A stretch of DNA of 64,000 nucleotides from an uncultured Acidobacteriota bacterium (lineage in GTDB: Bacteria > Actinomycetota > Acidimicrobiia > Spongiisociales > ZC4RG35): contig CAWACX010000002.1 of NCBI GenBank assembly GCA_963780755.1, positions 609,813 through 673,812 on the forward strand, in the 5' to 3' direction. Of this stretch, positions 47,918 to 57,162 are shown piece after piece; the stretch's first letter is position 1, and each line of letters opens with the position of its first letter. Position numbers and translations under genes: made by a program. The notes beneath the pieces were generated by a model, which had not been told where the DNA came from, made no database searches, and saw only the letters and a list, made by a program, of their open reading frames with translations.

Positions 47918-49093
47918 ATGACGGTGGCCGAGGCGACCACCCGGTCGCGCCCGCCGTGGTGGCGCGATCTACGGGTCTTGCGTGTAGTGGCCCAGGTGGT
48001 GGCGATAGTCGCGGTCGGGGCCGTTGCCTACGTTCTCTGGTTCAACCTGACCAACAACCTCCGTGCGGCCGGGCTGCCAACCGGCTTCGATTTCCTCACC
48101 CAACCGCTTGGCGTCGACATCGCAGGCTCGGATCTGAGCTCGGGAGCTCCTATCTGGCGCGGGCTGCTGGTCGGGATCAAGAACACGCTCGCTCTTGTGG
48201 TAGTGGGCATTCCCGCTCTGACCCTCATCGGAGTTGTCGTCGGCATCGCCCGCCTTTCCACCAACTGGCTGGTGGCCAAGGCTGCCGGGATCTACGTCGA
48301 GGTCCTGCGAAACATCCCGCCGCTTCTCATCATCTTCTTCGCGTACAACGCCGTGATCCTGCGATTCCCGGTCCTTCAGGAGTCGATCAAGATGTCTGAT
48401 CTGGTGATCATCAACAACCGCTACCTGGCGGTGGTTGGATTTACGGCTCAGCCCAATTCCGGCCCTTTCCTGCTGATCCTGGCCTTTGCGCTCGTGATCG
48501 CGGCCGGGGTTTGGTGGTGGCGGAGCCGTCGCTTCGATCGAACGGGGGAGCCCCACCACAGGCTGGTTTGGGCCACGGTCGTGTTCGTCGTGATCGCCTC
48601 GGTCGGCTTTGTCGCCCTGGGTGGTCCCATCGGGCTCTCCCGGCCCGCGCTCGACGGTCGTTCGCTCGAAGGCGGCTATGTCGGCCTCGTCTCCTACTTC
48701 GGTGTGCTCGTCGCCCTCGTCCTCTATACCGCGTCACACGTCGCAGAGATCGTCCGAGGGAGCATCCTCGCCGTCGCCAGAGGCCAGACCGAGGCATCGG
48801 ATGCCCTTGGCCTGAGCGCATTCCAACGGCTGCGACATGTGGTCCTGCCCCAAGCGATGCGCATCGCGATCCCTCCCGTCATCAACCAGTACCTCAATTT
48901 CACCAAGAACACATCGCTGGGGATTGCCATCGGGTACGCCGAATTGACGAGGATCACCTTCCAGACGATTGGGAACGGGCAACCGGCGCCACAGATGATC
49001 GCACTCATGATGTTGATCTACCTGGCGTTCTCTCTCACCATCTCGCTGGTGGCCAATCTGGTCAACCGTCGATTGCAGTTGGCGACCAGATGA
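47918..49093 (+). CDS. amino-acid ABC permease (AapQ-like)
   Basis: 391 aa, polytopic; EAA loop ASDALGLSAFQRLRHVVLPQA. Confidence 0.85.
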   Translation: MTVAEATTRSRPPWWRDLRVLRVVAQVVAIVAVGAVAYVLWFNLTNNLRAAGLPTGFDFLTQPLGVDIAGSDLSSGAPIWRGLLVGIKNTLALVVVGIPALTLIGVVVGIARLSTNWLVAKAAGIYVEVLRNIPPLLIIFFAYNAVILRFPVLQESIKMSDLVIINNRYLAVVGFTAQPNSGPFLLILAFALVIAAGVWWWRSRRFDRTGEPHHRLVWATVVFVVIASVGFVALGGPIGLSRPALDGRSLEGGYVGLVSYFGVLVALVLYTASHVAEIVRGSILAVARGQTEASDALGLSAFQRLRHVVLPQAMRIAIPPVINQYLNFTKNTSLGIAIGYAELTRITFQTIGNGQPAPQMIALMMLIYLAFSLTISLVANLVNRRLQLATR

Positions 49094-50337
49094 CGGTCGA
49101 GGTACCTCTGGTCGACGAGCAGGAGCCGCGGGTAGAGCCGGCGCGGGGACCGTGGGACTGGGTCAGGAAGAACCTCTTCAACACCTGGTACAACACGCTC
49201 TTCACCCTGATCCTGGGCGGGGTATTCGCCTGGGTGGCAGTCGCCCTGGTACGCGGGCTCCTTGGTGTCGACTTCGAAATCATCAGAGTCAACCTTCGCC
49301 TCTTCATGGTCGGAGGTTTTCCACCGGACCAGCTGTGGCGGCCATGGCTGGCGACTTACCTGATAGCGGTCCTCATCGGGCTCATGGCCGGGTCGGCAGC
49401 CGCTAGTGCCAAGGACCGAGCAAATGAGGCCGGTCTTCCCTTCGTGAAGACCACGTTCCGCCAGATCGTTCTTCGCTTCTGGCCCATGATCGCCCTGGTG
49501 ATCGTCATCCTGGGCTTCACCACCACCATCACCCCGGTCGTCCTGACCATCGGGGCAGCGACCCTGGGGGTGGTGGTGTATTACCTGGGGCGGGCTCTCC
49601 CCCGGGGATTCCGACGTTGGACGTGGTTGTACGCCGGCTTGCTGCTCGCTGCCACCTATCTGGCGCTGGCCGGTTTCGGTGGGGTCGGCTGGGAGGAGTG
49701 GGGCGGCCTCCAACTCAACCTGTTCCTGACCACCGCAGGGATCATGATCGCCTTTCCCTTCGGGCTGCTCCTGGCGATGGGGCGTCGGTCATCGTTGCCT
49801 GCGGTCAGGACCATTTGTGTGACCTACATCGAGTTTGTGCGAGGAGTGCCTCTGATCACCGTCCTCCTCGCCGGATTCCTCGCACTCGGGTTCCTGCTTC
49901 CCAGGGACCTGAGACCCGGTTTCGTCACCAGGATGCTGATCGCCATCGTCCTCTTCGAGTCGGCATACATCGCAGAGGTGGTTCGCGGAGGCCTGCAGGC
50001 AGTTCCGCGGGGGCAGGTCGAGGCAGCGCAGGCGACAGGCCTGTCGGCGTGGGCCACGACGCGGCTCATCGTGTTGCCCCAAGCTCTGCGGGCGACGATT
50101 CCGGCAATGGTCGGCCAGTTCATCAGCTTGTTCAAGGACACCACGCTGATAGCAATCCTCGGCTTCACCGACCTTCTCGACGCGACCTTCATCGTCAACT
50201 CACAGCCGGACTACCTGGGCCAGGGGCTGTTCGTGGTGACCCTGGCCTTTGCCGGGCTCGTCTTCTGGGTTGGCTCCTACACGATGTCACGAGAGGCTCG
50301 AAGACTGGAGAAGAAGCTGGGCGTGGGCGAACGTTGA
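49090..50337 (+). CDS. amino-acid ABC permease (AapM-like)
   Basis: MTVEVPLVDEQ...; EAA loop ATGLSAWATTRLIVLPQA; ATG overlaps the upstream stop (ATGA); start internal to ORF 48511..50337. Confidence 0.85.
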   Translation: MTVEVPLVDEQEPRVEPARGPWDWVRKNLFNTWYNTLFTLILGGVFAWVAVALVRGLLGVDFEIIRVNLRLFMVGGFPPDQLWRPWLATYLIAVLIGLMAGSAAASAKDRANEAGLPFVKTTFRQIVLRFWPMIALVIVILGFTTTITPVVLTIGAATLGVVVYYLGRALPRGFRRWTWLYAGLLLAATYLALAGFGGVGWEEWGGLQLNLFLTTAGIMIAFPFGLLLAMGRRSSLPAVRTICVTYIEFVRGVPLITVLLAGFLALGFLLPRDLRPGFVTRMLIAIVLFESAYIAEVVRGGLQAVPRGQVEAAQATGLSAWATTRLIVLPQALRATIPAMVGQFISLFKDTTLIAILGFTDLLDATFIVNSQPDYLGQGLFVVTLAFAGLVFWVGSYTMSREARRLEKKLGVGER

Positions 50338-50388
50338 GCTCGTTGGTGGTCACCTCGATAGTCCCCTGGAGCCTCCTAGCCTGCCCTC

Positions 50389-51969
50389 GTGAACGATCGA
50401 TTTGGCCGGGTCCTCGTGATATTGGTCACGGGGCTTGCGCTTGGCGTCGGGGTGTTCCTGGTCACCCGCGGGGAGGCGGCCACGCCTTCGACAAGTGGCA
50501 CTGTCCCCGAAGCCGGTGCCGCCACCTCCGTGCCCGGGTCGGTCCCCGGGACCACCGGCGCCAATGGCGAGACCACGACGACGGCTGGCACCACGCCCCC
50601 GGGGGAGCGCCCCGCGGACACCGTTCCCGGCTGGACGGTCGGTCAGCCCTGGGGGTCAACGGTCGGCCTGACCATGTTCCGGGGCAACCCGACCCGGAGC
50701 TTCTTCGGAACGGGGCCGATAAGTGAATCCCCGTCCGTCGATTGGACCTACCCCGACAGTGGGATGTGCAGCACCTCGACCAACCTCGGCGAGACCACCA
50801 CCTGGTGCGGCATGGGTTGGACCGGCCAGCCCGCGGTCTGGGAGCGGCCAGACGGCGTGACCGAGCTGATCTTTGGCGCCTACGACGGGGCGGTCCACTT
50901 CGTCGACGCGGCGACCGGCGAGGACCTTCGTCCCAAGTTCCAGACCGGCGACCTGATCAAGGGCTCGGTGACCCTCGACCCCGACGGTTATCCGCTTCTC
51001 TACTTTGGCTCCCGCGACAACAAATACCGGATCCTGGCACTCGATCAGGCAGAGCCGGTCGAGGTGTGGTCGATGGATGCCACCGATGTCAACGGCACCT
51101 GGAACGACGACTGGGACTCCAACGGGGCGGTTGTCGACGACATCCTCTACGTCGGGGGTGAGAACAGCTGGTTCTTCGCGGTCGAAGTCCATCGCGCCTA
51201 CGACAGTGCGGGCAAGGTCACGGTCGCTCCCGAGATCCTGGTCGAGATGCCCAGCTACGACGACGAGTTCATCGAGACCTCGGGGGGCAACGTCTCCATT
51301 GAGAACTCACCCGTGGTCTACGAGCAGCGGGTCTACTTCGCCAACTCCGCAGGGCGGATCCTGGGACTCGACGTGAGCCGGGTCCGTGAAGGGGAAGCCC
51401 CGGTGGTGTTCGACTATTGGGCCGGTGGTGACATCGACGCCTCGCTGGCGGTCGACGCCGAGGGGATGCTGTACGCCGCGGTCAACGTCAAACCCGACCA
51501 GGTGGCCCCCGGCTATCGCACCCAGGCCAACATCGATCGCACCAGGGACGTGGGCCAATTGCTCAAGCTCGACCCGTACGCCGAAGGCGACCCCAGGTTG
51601 TGGGGTGTCGACCTCACCGCCGGCAGCGAGCAGTCCGGTACCTGGAGCACACCGGCCGTGTACCAGGGCGTGGTCTACAACAACACGATGCAGGGGAGCC
51701 TGATCGCGGTGGACGCCGCCAACGGAGAGACTCTCTGGTCCGATCAGGTCGGTTGGCACTCGTGGTCGTCGCCGGCGGTGGTCGACGGGATGCTGGTCAC
51801 CGCCACCTGCGAGGGCGACGTCCGGGGCTATTCGCTCGAGGACCCCAGGTCCCCGGTCCAGCAGTGGTCGGTGAGCCTCGGTGAGACCTGCCTCGAGTCC
51901 ACGCCGGCGATCTGGGGTGGCGTCGTCTACATCGGCTCTCGTGATGGCTACCTGCGCGCTTTGAGCTGA
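50389..51969 (+). CDS. PQQ-like beta-propeller repeat protein, membrane-anchored/secreted
   Basis: 526 aa; N-terminal TM helix, Thr/Pro-rich linker, repeated PQQ-like blades. Confidence 0.7.
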   Translation: MNDRFGRVLVILVTGLALGVGVFLVTRGEAATPSTSGTVPEAGAATSVPGSVPGTTGANGETTTTAGTTPPGERPADTVPGWTVGQPWGSTVGLTMFRGNPTRSFFGTGPISESPSVDWTYPDSGMCSTSTNLGETTTWCGMGWTGQPAVWERPDGVTELIFGAYDGAVHFVDAATGEDLRPKFQTGDLIKGSVTLDPDGYPLLYFGSRDNKYRILALDQAEPVEVWSMDATDVNGTWNDDWDSNGAVVDDILYVGGENSWFFAVEVHRAYDSAGKVTVAPEILVEMPSYDDEFIETSGGNVSIENSPVVYEQRVYFANSAGRILGLDVSRVREGEAPVVFDYWAGGDIDASLAVDAEGMLYAAVNVKPDQVAPGYRTQANIDRTRDVGQLLKLDPYAEGDPRLWGVDLTAGSEQSGTWSTPAVYQGVVYNNTMQGSLIAVDAANGETLWSDQVGWHSWSSPAVVDGMLVTATCEGDVRGYSLEDPRSPVQQWSVSLGETCLESTPAIWGGVVYIGSRDGYLRALS

Positions 51970-52481
51970 TGAGAAGGTTCTTCGTCATCACCGCCCTCGT
52001 CGTCACGGCCTGCGCCGGAGCCGCCGATTCGACAACCACCACCGCGCCGGTCACGACCACGACCACGGCGGCCACCACGACCACCGAGCCACCGGTCGAC
52101 TGCCCCGCCGCCCCGTACGACCTGACCTTCGTCCCCACCGGGGTGGGGACCGCAACGCTCGACCCCGACACCATCGAGATGGATGTTTGGACCTCCGAGG
52201 GGGGGACGCAGACCACCTTCTTCGGGCGCAACGACGGCACCGTGGCCATCGCCCTGGTCCGGGGCACCCTGCCCACGGTGGAGTGGCCGGCGGATCAGGG
52301 CGAGATCTTCGTCGATGGCACCAGGGGTGTCGTCGGGCCTCATCCCGACGGGACCTGGGTGGCCGGGTGGTACGAGGAGCCCGGGGAGCGTTGTGACGAG
52401 TACTCGATCATCTTCTACCCCCCGGTATCGCCTGCGGACGTGGAGGCAGTGATCAACGGGATGAACCGGGTTGGGGGTTGA
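51969..52481 (+). CDS. hypothetical lipoprotein
   Basis: 170 aa; signal peptide with lipobox TAC, poly-Thr linker; overlaps the upstream stop. Confidence 0.55.
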   Translation: MRRFFVITALVVTACAGAADSTTTTAPVTTTTTAATTTTEPPVDCPAAPYDLTFVPTGVGTATLDPDTIEMDVWTSEGGTQTTFFGRNDGTVAIALVRGTLPTVEWPADQGEIFVDGTRGVVGPHPDGTWVAGWYEEPGERCDEYSIIFYPPVSPADVEAVINGMNRVGG

Positions 52482-52545
52482 CGCCCCAAATTGAGACGAA
52501 AACGGCTGGTATGGCGACCTTTCCGTCCCAATTTCGAGGTCGACC

Positions 52546-52574
52546 TTGACGGTTCGGCGCCGTGGGCGTAGCGT
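52546..52574 (+). promoter_or_regulatory. candidate sigma-A promoter of the trp operon
   Basis: TTGACG -17 nt- TAGCGT, about 10 nt upstream of the leader ATG (near-leaderless transcript). Confidence 0.35.
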
Positions 52575-52584
52575 TCGGCCGGCA

Positions 52585-52662
52585 ATGATCAGAGTCAGCA
52601 TCCCGACGACGACCGCCTGGTGGTGGCGTTGGACCGCGCCGGAGGTGGCGTCGGTCGGATAG
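52585..52662 (+). CDS. trpL: trp leader peptide (25 aa, WWWRW)
   Basis: atg atc aga gtc agc atc ccg acg acg acc gcc TGG TGG TGG cgt TGG acc gcg ccg gag gtg gcg tcg gtc gga tag; absent from the ORF track because <60 aa. Confidence 0.7.
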   Translation: MIRVSIPTTTAWWWRWTAPEVASVG

Positions 52663-52690
52663 CCCTCCAAGGCTGCTGATCACACCAGGA

Positions 52691-52725
52691 CCCACCTCCG
52701 GAGACGGAAGGTGGGTTTCTCGTTC
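52691..52725 (+). terminator. trp attenuator terminator hairpin
   Basis: cccacctccg-gaga-cgg-a-aggtggg followed by tttctcgtt; its 5' arm ccacctccgg is the exact reverse complement of the leader segment ccggaggtgg (52639-52648), giving an antiterminator alternative. Confidence 0.65.
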
Positions 52726-52762
52726 AGGAGGCTCATCTCCCACCGGCGAGAGGAGCAAATCC

Positions 52763-54139
52763 TTGAATCACCCATTCGACATCCCGGCAGATCTCGACAC
52801 ACCGACCTCGGTGTACCTCAAGCTGGGCCCGCTCCGTCCTCGATTTCTTCTCGAGAGCGTCGAGCATGGCGACCGCATCGGGCGCTTCTCCTTCATCGGA
52901 TTCGGCGACGGCCTCGAAGTGACCAGCGACGGCCATGCCATCGATGCCGGTGGCACCCGGATCGAGACCGACGGCACGGTCCGCGGGCTGATGGATGCGC
53001 TGCGCAAGGTGCTGGCGGAGGCACCAACGCCCGGGCCGGTGTCAGGCGCGATCCCTTTCGCCGGCGGGCTGGTCGGGGCGGTCGGCTTCGACGTCGCTCA
53101 CCGGCTGGCCGGCTCGATCCCGCCTCCCTCGGCCGCCCCCGAGATACTCCTCTACGGCCCCCCCAGCGTCATCGTCTTCGATCATCTCAGCCGGCGGGCC
53201 GCTCTGCTCCACGACGGGCCCGAGGAGGAGCGACTCGCACTGCGTGGTGAGGTGATCTCGTTGCTGGCCGCCGGCGTGAACCGGACGAGCGCAACGGTCG
53301 GGTTCAGCGAGCCGGTCCCTTCCATGACCCAGGGCGAGTACATGGCGGCCGTGGACACGGCCCGGGAGCACATCGCAGCCGGCGACGTCTACCAGTTGGT
53401 GCTCTCGGTGAACTTCGCCGGGGAGACCGAACTCGATCCCTTCGACGTGTACCGGGGACTGCGACTGCTCAACCCCTCGCCGTACATGTACTTCTGCGAG
53501 CTCGGCGAGACCCGGGTGATCGGCTCCTCGCCGGAGGCCCTGGTCCGGCTTCGGGGCACGGGCGCCGAATTGCGTCCCATCGCCGGGACCCGTCCCCGCT
53601 ACAACGACGAAGAGACCGATCGGCGGGCCGAGTCGGAGCTGCTCGATGACGCCAAGGAAGCCGCCGAGCACGTGATGCTTGTCGACCTGGCTCGGAACGA
53701 TCTGGGCCGGGTCGCGGTCCCGGGCTCGATCCGTGTCGATCCCTACCGCGCCATCGAGAGATACAGCCACGTGATGCACCTGGTGAGCGGGGTGACTGGA
53801 GTCATGGAGCCCGGGGCAGACGCCTTCGACCTCTTCGCCGCCGCGTTCCCGGCGGGGACCGTGGTTGGCGCGCCCAAGGTCCGGGCCCTGGAATTGCTCG
53901 CCGAGTTGGAGCCCGTCACCCGGGGGATATACGCGGGCACGGTCGGCTACTTCGGACACGGTGGGAGCATGGACCAGGCGATCGCGATCCGGACGATCGT
54001 CATGAGAGAGGGCCAGTACTCATATCAGGCGGGAGCAGGGATCGTCGCCGACAGCGTCCCGGCCACCGAGTGGGAGGAAGTCAAGTCCAAGGCCGGGGCG
54101 ATGCGCGGTGCCCTGGAGAGCGCGGCGAGCGGGCTATGA
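52763..54139 (+). CDS. trpE: anthranilate synthase component I
   Basis: 458 aa; chorismate-binding domain motifs; TTG start after GAGGAG. Confidence 0.9.
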   Translation: MNHPFDIPADLDTPTSVYLKLGPLRPRFLLESVEHGDRIGRFSFIGFGDGLEVTSDGHAIDAGGTRIETDGTVRGLMDALRKVLAEAPTPGPVSGAIPFAGGLVGAVGFDVAHRLAGSIPPPSAAPEILLYGPPSVIVFDHLSRRAALLHDGPEEERLALRGEVISLLAAGVNRTSATVGFSEPVPSMTQGEYMAAVDTAREHIAAGDVYQLVLSVNFAGETELDPFDVYRGLRLLNPSPYMYFCELGETRVIGSSPEALVRLRGTGAELRPIAGTRPRYNDEETDRRAESELLDDAKEAAEHVMLVDLARNDLGRVAVPGSIRVDPYRAIERYSHVMHLVSGVTGVMEPGADAFDLFAAAFPAGTVVGAPKVRALELLAELEPVTRGIYAGTVGYFGHGGSMDQAIAIRTIVMREGQYSYQAGAGIVADSVPATEWEEVKSKAGAMRGALESAASGL

Positions 54140-54714
54140 GCCGGGTCCTTCTAGTCGACAACTACGACTCGTTCACCTACAACGTGGTCCAGGCCCTGAG
54201 GATCCTCGGCGCCGAGGTCGTGGTTCGCACCAATGACGACATCGACCTCCAATCGGCGCGGGAGCTGGCACCGACCCATCTCGTTGTCTCACCAGGGCCG
54301 GGCCGCCCCGAATCGGCCGGAGAGTCGATGAACGTGATCGAAGGGATGATGGGCGAGGTGCCGATCCTCGGTGTCTGTCTCGGCCATCAGGCCCTGGCCG
54401 CGGTCCTCGGGGGCCGGGTCGAACGTGCTGCCGAACTGCGGCATGGCAAGTCGTCGCCGGTCTATCACGACTCGGCGACCATTTACGCGGGGCTTCCCAA
54501 CCCCTTCGAGGCGGGTCGCTATCACTCGCTAGCCGTCAAGGAGGACGACCTCCCAGAGGAGCTGGTGGTGACCTCATTCACCTCCGATGGCGAGATCATG
54601 GGCATCAGGCATCGGGAGCATCCGGTCGAGGGCGTCCAGTTCCATCCCGAGAGCCTGCTCACACCTCACGGTGACCTCTTGTTGCGCAACTTCCTGGACA
54701 TGGCGGGGAACTGA
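54136..54714 (+). CDS. trpG: anthranilate synthase component II / glutamine amidotransferase
   Basis: MSRVLLVDNYDSFTYN...GVCLGHQAL (catalytic Cys)...HPE; ATG overlaps the trpE stop. Confidence 0.9.
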   Translation: MSRVLLVDNYDSFTYNVVQALRILGAEVVVRTNDDIDLQSARELAPTHLVVSPGPGRPESAGESMNVIEGMMGEVPILGVCLGHQALAAVLGGRVERAAELRHGKSSPVYHDSATIYAGLPNPFEAGRYHSLAVKEDDLPEELVVTSFTSDGEIMGIRHREHPVEGVQFHPESLLTPHGDLLLRNFLDMAGN

Positions 54715-55730
54715 ATGAAGCAGCTCCTCGACGACCTGCTTGCAGGCACCGATCTCTCGACGGAAGGTGCAGACGAGCTTCTCGTGGCCTTGACCAAGGG
54801 TGATGTCGAGCCGGCGATGGCGGGGGCCGTACTCACCGCACTGCGGGCGAAGGGAGAGACGTCCGACGAGGTGCGTGGGTTTGCTCAGGCCATGCGCCGC
54901 CTCTCCTCCGATCCGGGGATCGACGCTTCCGGCGCCGTGGACGTGGTGGGGACAGGGGGGATCGCTCCGGCTCGCTCAATCTCTCCACCGGCGCTGCGCT
55001 CTTGGTAGCTGCGGCCGGGGTCCCGGTGGTCAAGCACGGCAACCGGTCGATGACGAGCCAGAGCGGGAGCGCCGACGTCCTGGAGGCGCTGGGCCTGCCC
55101 ATCCCGCTCGACGCCGAGCAGGCGCAGCGCTGCTTCGCGGCGCTCGGCTTCAGCTATCTGTTCGCCCCGCACTACCACCCGGCGATGGCGGCGGTGGGGC
55201 CGATTCGGCGTGCCCTCGGGGTCCGCACCGTCTTCAACATGCTGGGCCCACTGACCAATCCGGCAGGGCCCCGTCACCTCGTGATCGGGGCTTTCGACGC
55301 TCGAGCGGCCGAATTGATGGCCGGCGCCCTTGCCGGACTCGACATCGATCGGGCCTTCGTGGTCCATGGTGCGGCTGGATGGGACGAGCCGAGCCCGATC
55401 GGTGAGTTCCTCCTTTTCGATGTCCGTGGCGGAAAGGTCGAGCGGTCGACCCGTGATCCCGCCAACCTGGGCCTGACCCGATGCGATCCGTCCGACCTCG
55501 CCGGCGGCGACCCGGCGCACAACGCGGCACAGCTCAAAGCGGTGTTCGGCGGCGAGCCGGGTCCGCACCGCGACGCGGTCCTGCTCGGCGCCGCACTGGC
55601 CCTGGAAGTCACCGGCCACGCCCCGGATCCCGAGGCGGCGCTCGCTGGTGCCGGCGCCGCGTTGGATGACGGGCGGGCGTTGGCCCTCCTTGATGGCCTG
55701 ACCGAGTTCGGGGAGGGAGAGCGGGCGTGA
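54715..55730 (+). CDS. trpD: anthranilate phosphoribosyltransferase, frameshift in G run 54955-54960
   Basis: N-terminal part 54715..55008 (VVGTGG) and the remainder 55002..55730 (VAAAGVPVVKHGNRS...) in adjacent frames; one added G gives GTGGDRSGSLNLSTGAALLVAAAG. Confidence 0.88.
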
Positions 55731-56540
55731 GCAGGTTCCTGGAGGAGATGGAGCGGGGCTCGAGGCGACGGTTCGAGCAGTCCCGTGCCCGACGACCCCT
55801 CCCAGCGGTGCGTCAGGACGCGCTGTCAGCCTCTCGGGCCAGGGAGCTGGGCGGCTTCGGCGAACAGTTCGATGTGATCGCCGAGATCAAGCCTCGCTCG
55901 CCGGCCGAAGGTGACCTGGGGAGCGACGGCCTCATGGAGCGAATCGGGGATTACGAACGAGGCGGTGCGGCCATGATCTCCGTGCTCACCGAGCCCGACG
56001 CCTTCTCCGGGTCCTTGGAGCTGCTCACTGCGGCCGCGTCGCAGGCCACGGTCCCGGTCATGCGCAAGGACTTCCTCGTCGACCCGTATCAGGTGTATGA
56101 GGCCCGGGGCTCGGGAGCCGACGGTGTCCTCCTCATCCTCCGCCTCCTCGACGACACCGCCCTGGAAATCGATGTTGGATGCGGTGCACGAGACCGGGAT
56201 GTTCGCCCTGCTCGAGGCCTTCGATCGCCAAGACCTGTCGCGGGCGGTCGCTGCACTCGGCAGGGGGCCGTATTTGTTCACCGGGGTCAACTCCCGTGAT
56301 CTGGAGACCCTGGAGGTCGACCCGGCTGCTCATGTCGGTCTTTCGGAGTTGCTCCCCACGGGCCGGCCGACCGTTGCTGAGAGCGGCATCGCCGGGCCGG
56401 AAGACGTAGGGAGAGTGGCGGCGCTCGGATACCGGGCCGCGTTGATTGGCTCCGCCTTGATGAGATCCGAGGAGCCGGGGAGAGAAGTCACCAGGATGCT
56501 CGAGGCCGGGCGGGCCGCGGTCGGGGCGGCAGCCAGATGA
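55727..56540 (+). CDS. trpC: indole-3-glycerol-phosphate synthase, frameshift at an A run ~56166
   Basis: 55727..56299 and 56097..56540 overlap in adjacent frames; removing one A from ctggaAAtcg gives ...DTALESMLDAVHETGMFALLEAFD. Confidence 0.85.
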
Positions 56541-57162
56541 CGCTCTTCGTAAAGCTCTGTGGCCTTTCCACCGCTGTGGACGTCGAGGTGGCGGTCGACG
56601 CCGGCGCCGACGCCATCGGGCTGGTGATGACCGACTCCCCTCGCCAAGTGAGCCTGGAGCGCGCCGCCGAACTCCGAGCGAGGCTCCCAAAGGGGGTCCT
56701 CGCCGTTGCCGTGTTCCACGCGCCCACCCCGGAATTGGTGCGCAAGGTCGAAGAGGTGGTCTCACCCGACCTGTTTCAGGCGACTCCCGACGCGTTGGCC
56801 GGCATCGACGGGACCAGGGCGCTGCCGGTCGTGGTCGACGGGCCGGGGGTGGGGAACGCGCCCTGGCCGCCCTCGAGGAGACCGGGGCGGCCCGCTTTCT
56901 CCTCGACAGCGCGCCGAAGGGCGGCACCGGGCGCCCTGCCGATTGGGGCCGTTTGGCCGGGCTCACTGCCCTCGACCGCATGGTCCTCGCCGGAGGCCTC
57001 AATCCGGGCAATGTCGCCCAGGTCTTGTCGGTCCTGCGCCCGGCCGGCGTGGACGTCAGCTCAGGCGTGGAGAGTGAGCCAGGGGTCAAGGACCATGCCC
57101 TGATGCGCGCCTTTGTCCACGCCGCTCGATCGATCGACGTTCAGGGAGAGGTGATGGTGTGA
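56537..57162 (+). CDS. trpF: phosphoribosylanthranilate isomerase, frameshift in G run ~56851-56855
   Basis: 56537..~56860 ([11 protein letters not shown]...) plus 56953..57162 frame (…[33 protein letters not shown]...) readable after one added G in gtggggaacgc. Confidence 0.8.

Noticed and set aside
54950-56880. Programmed +1/-1 recoding in trpD/trpC/trpF or regX3
   Set aside because: The shifts sit in simple G or A homopolymers with no stimulatory structure or conserved slippery context. Multiple independent recoding events in one operon are implausible, and a sequencing error explains them all.
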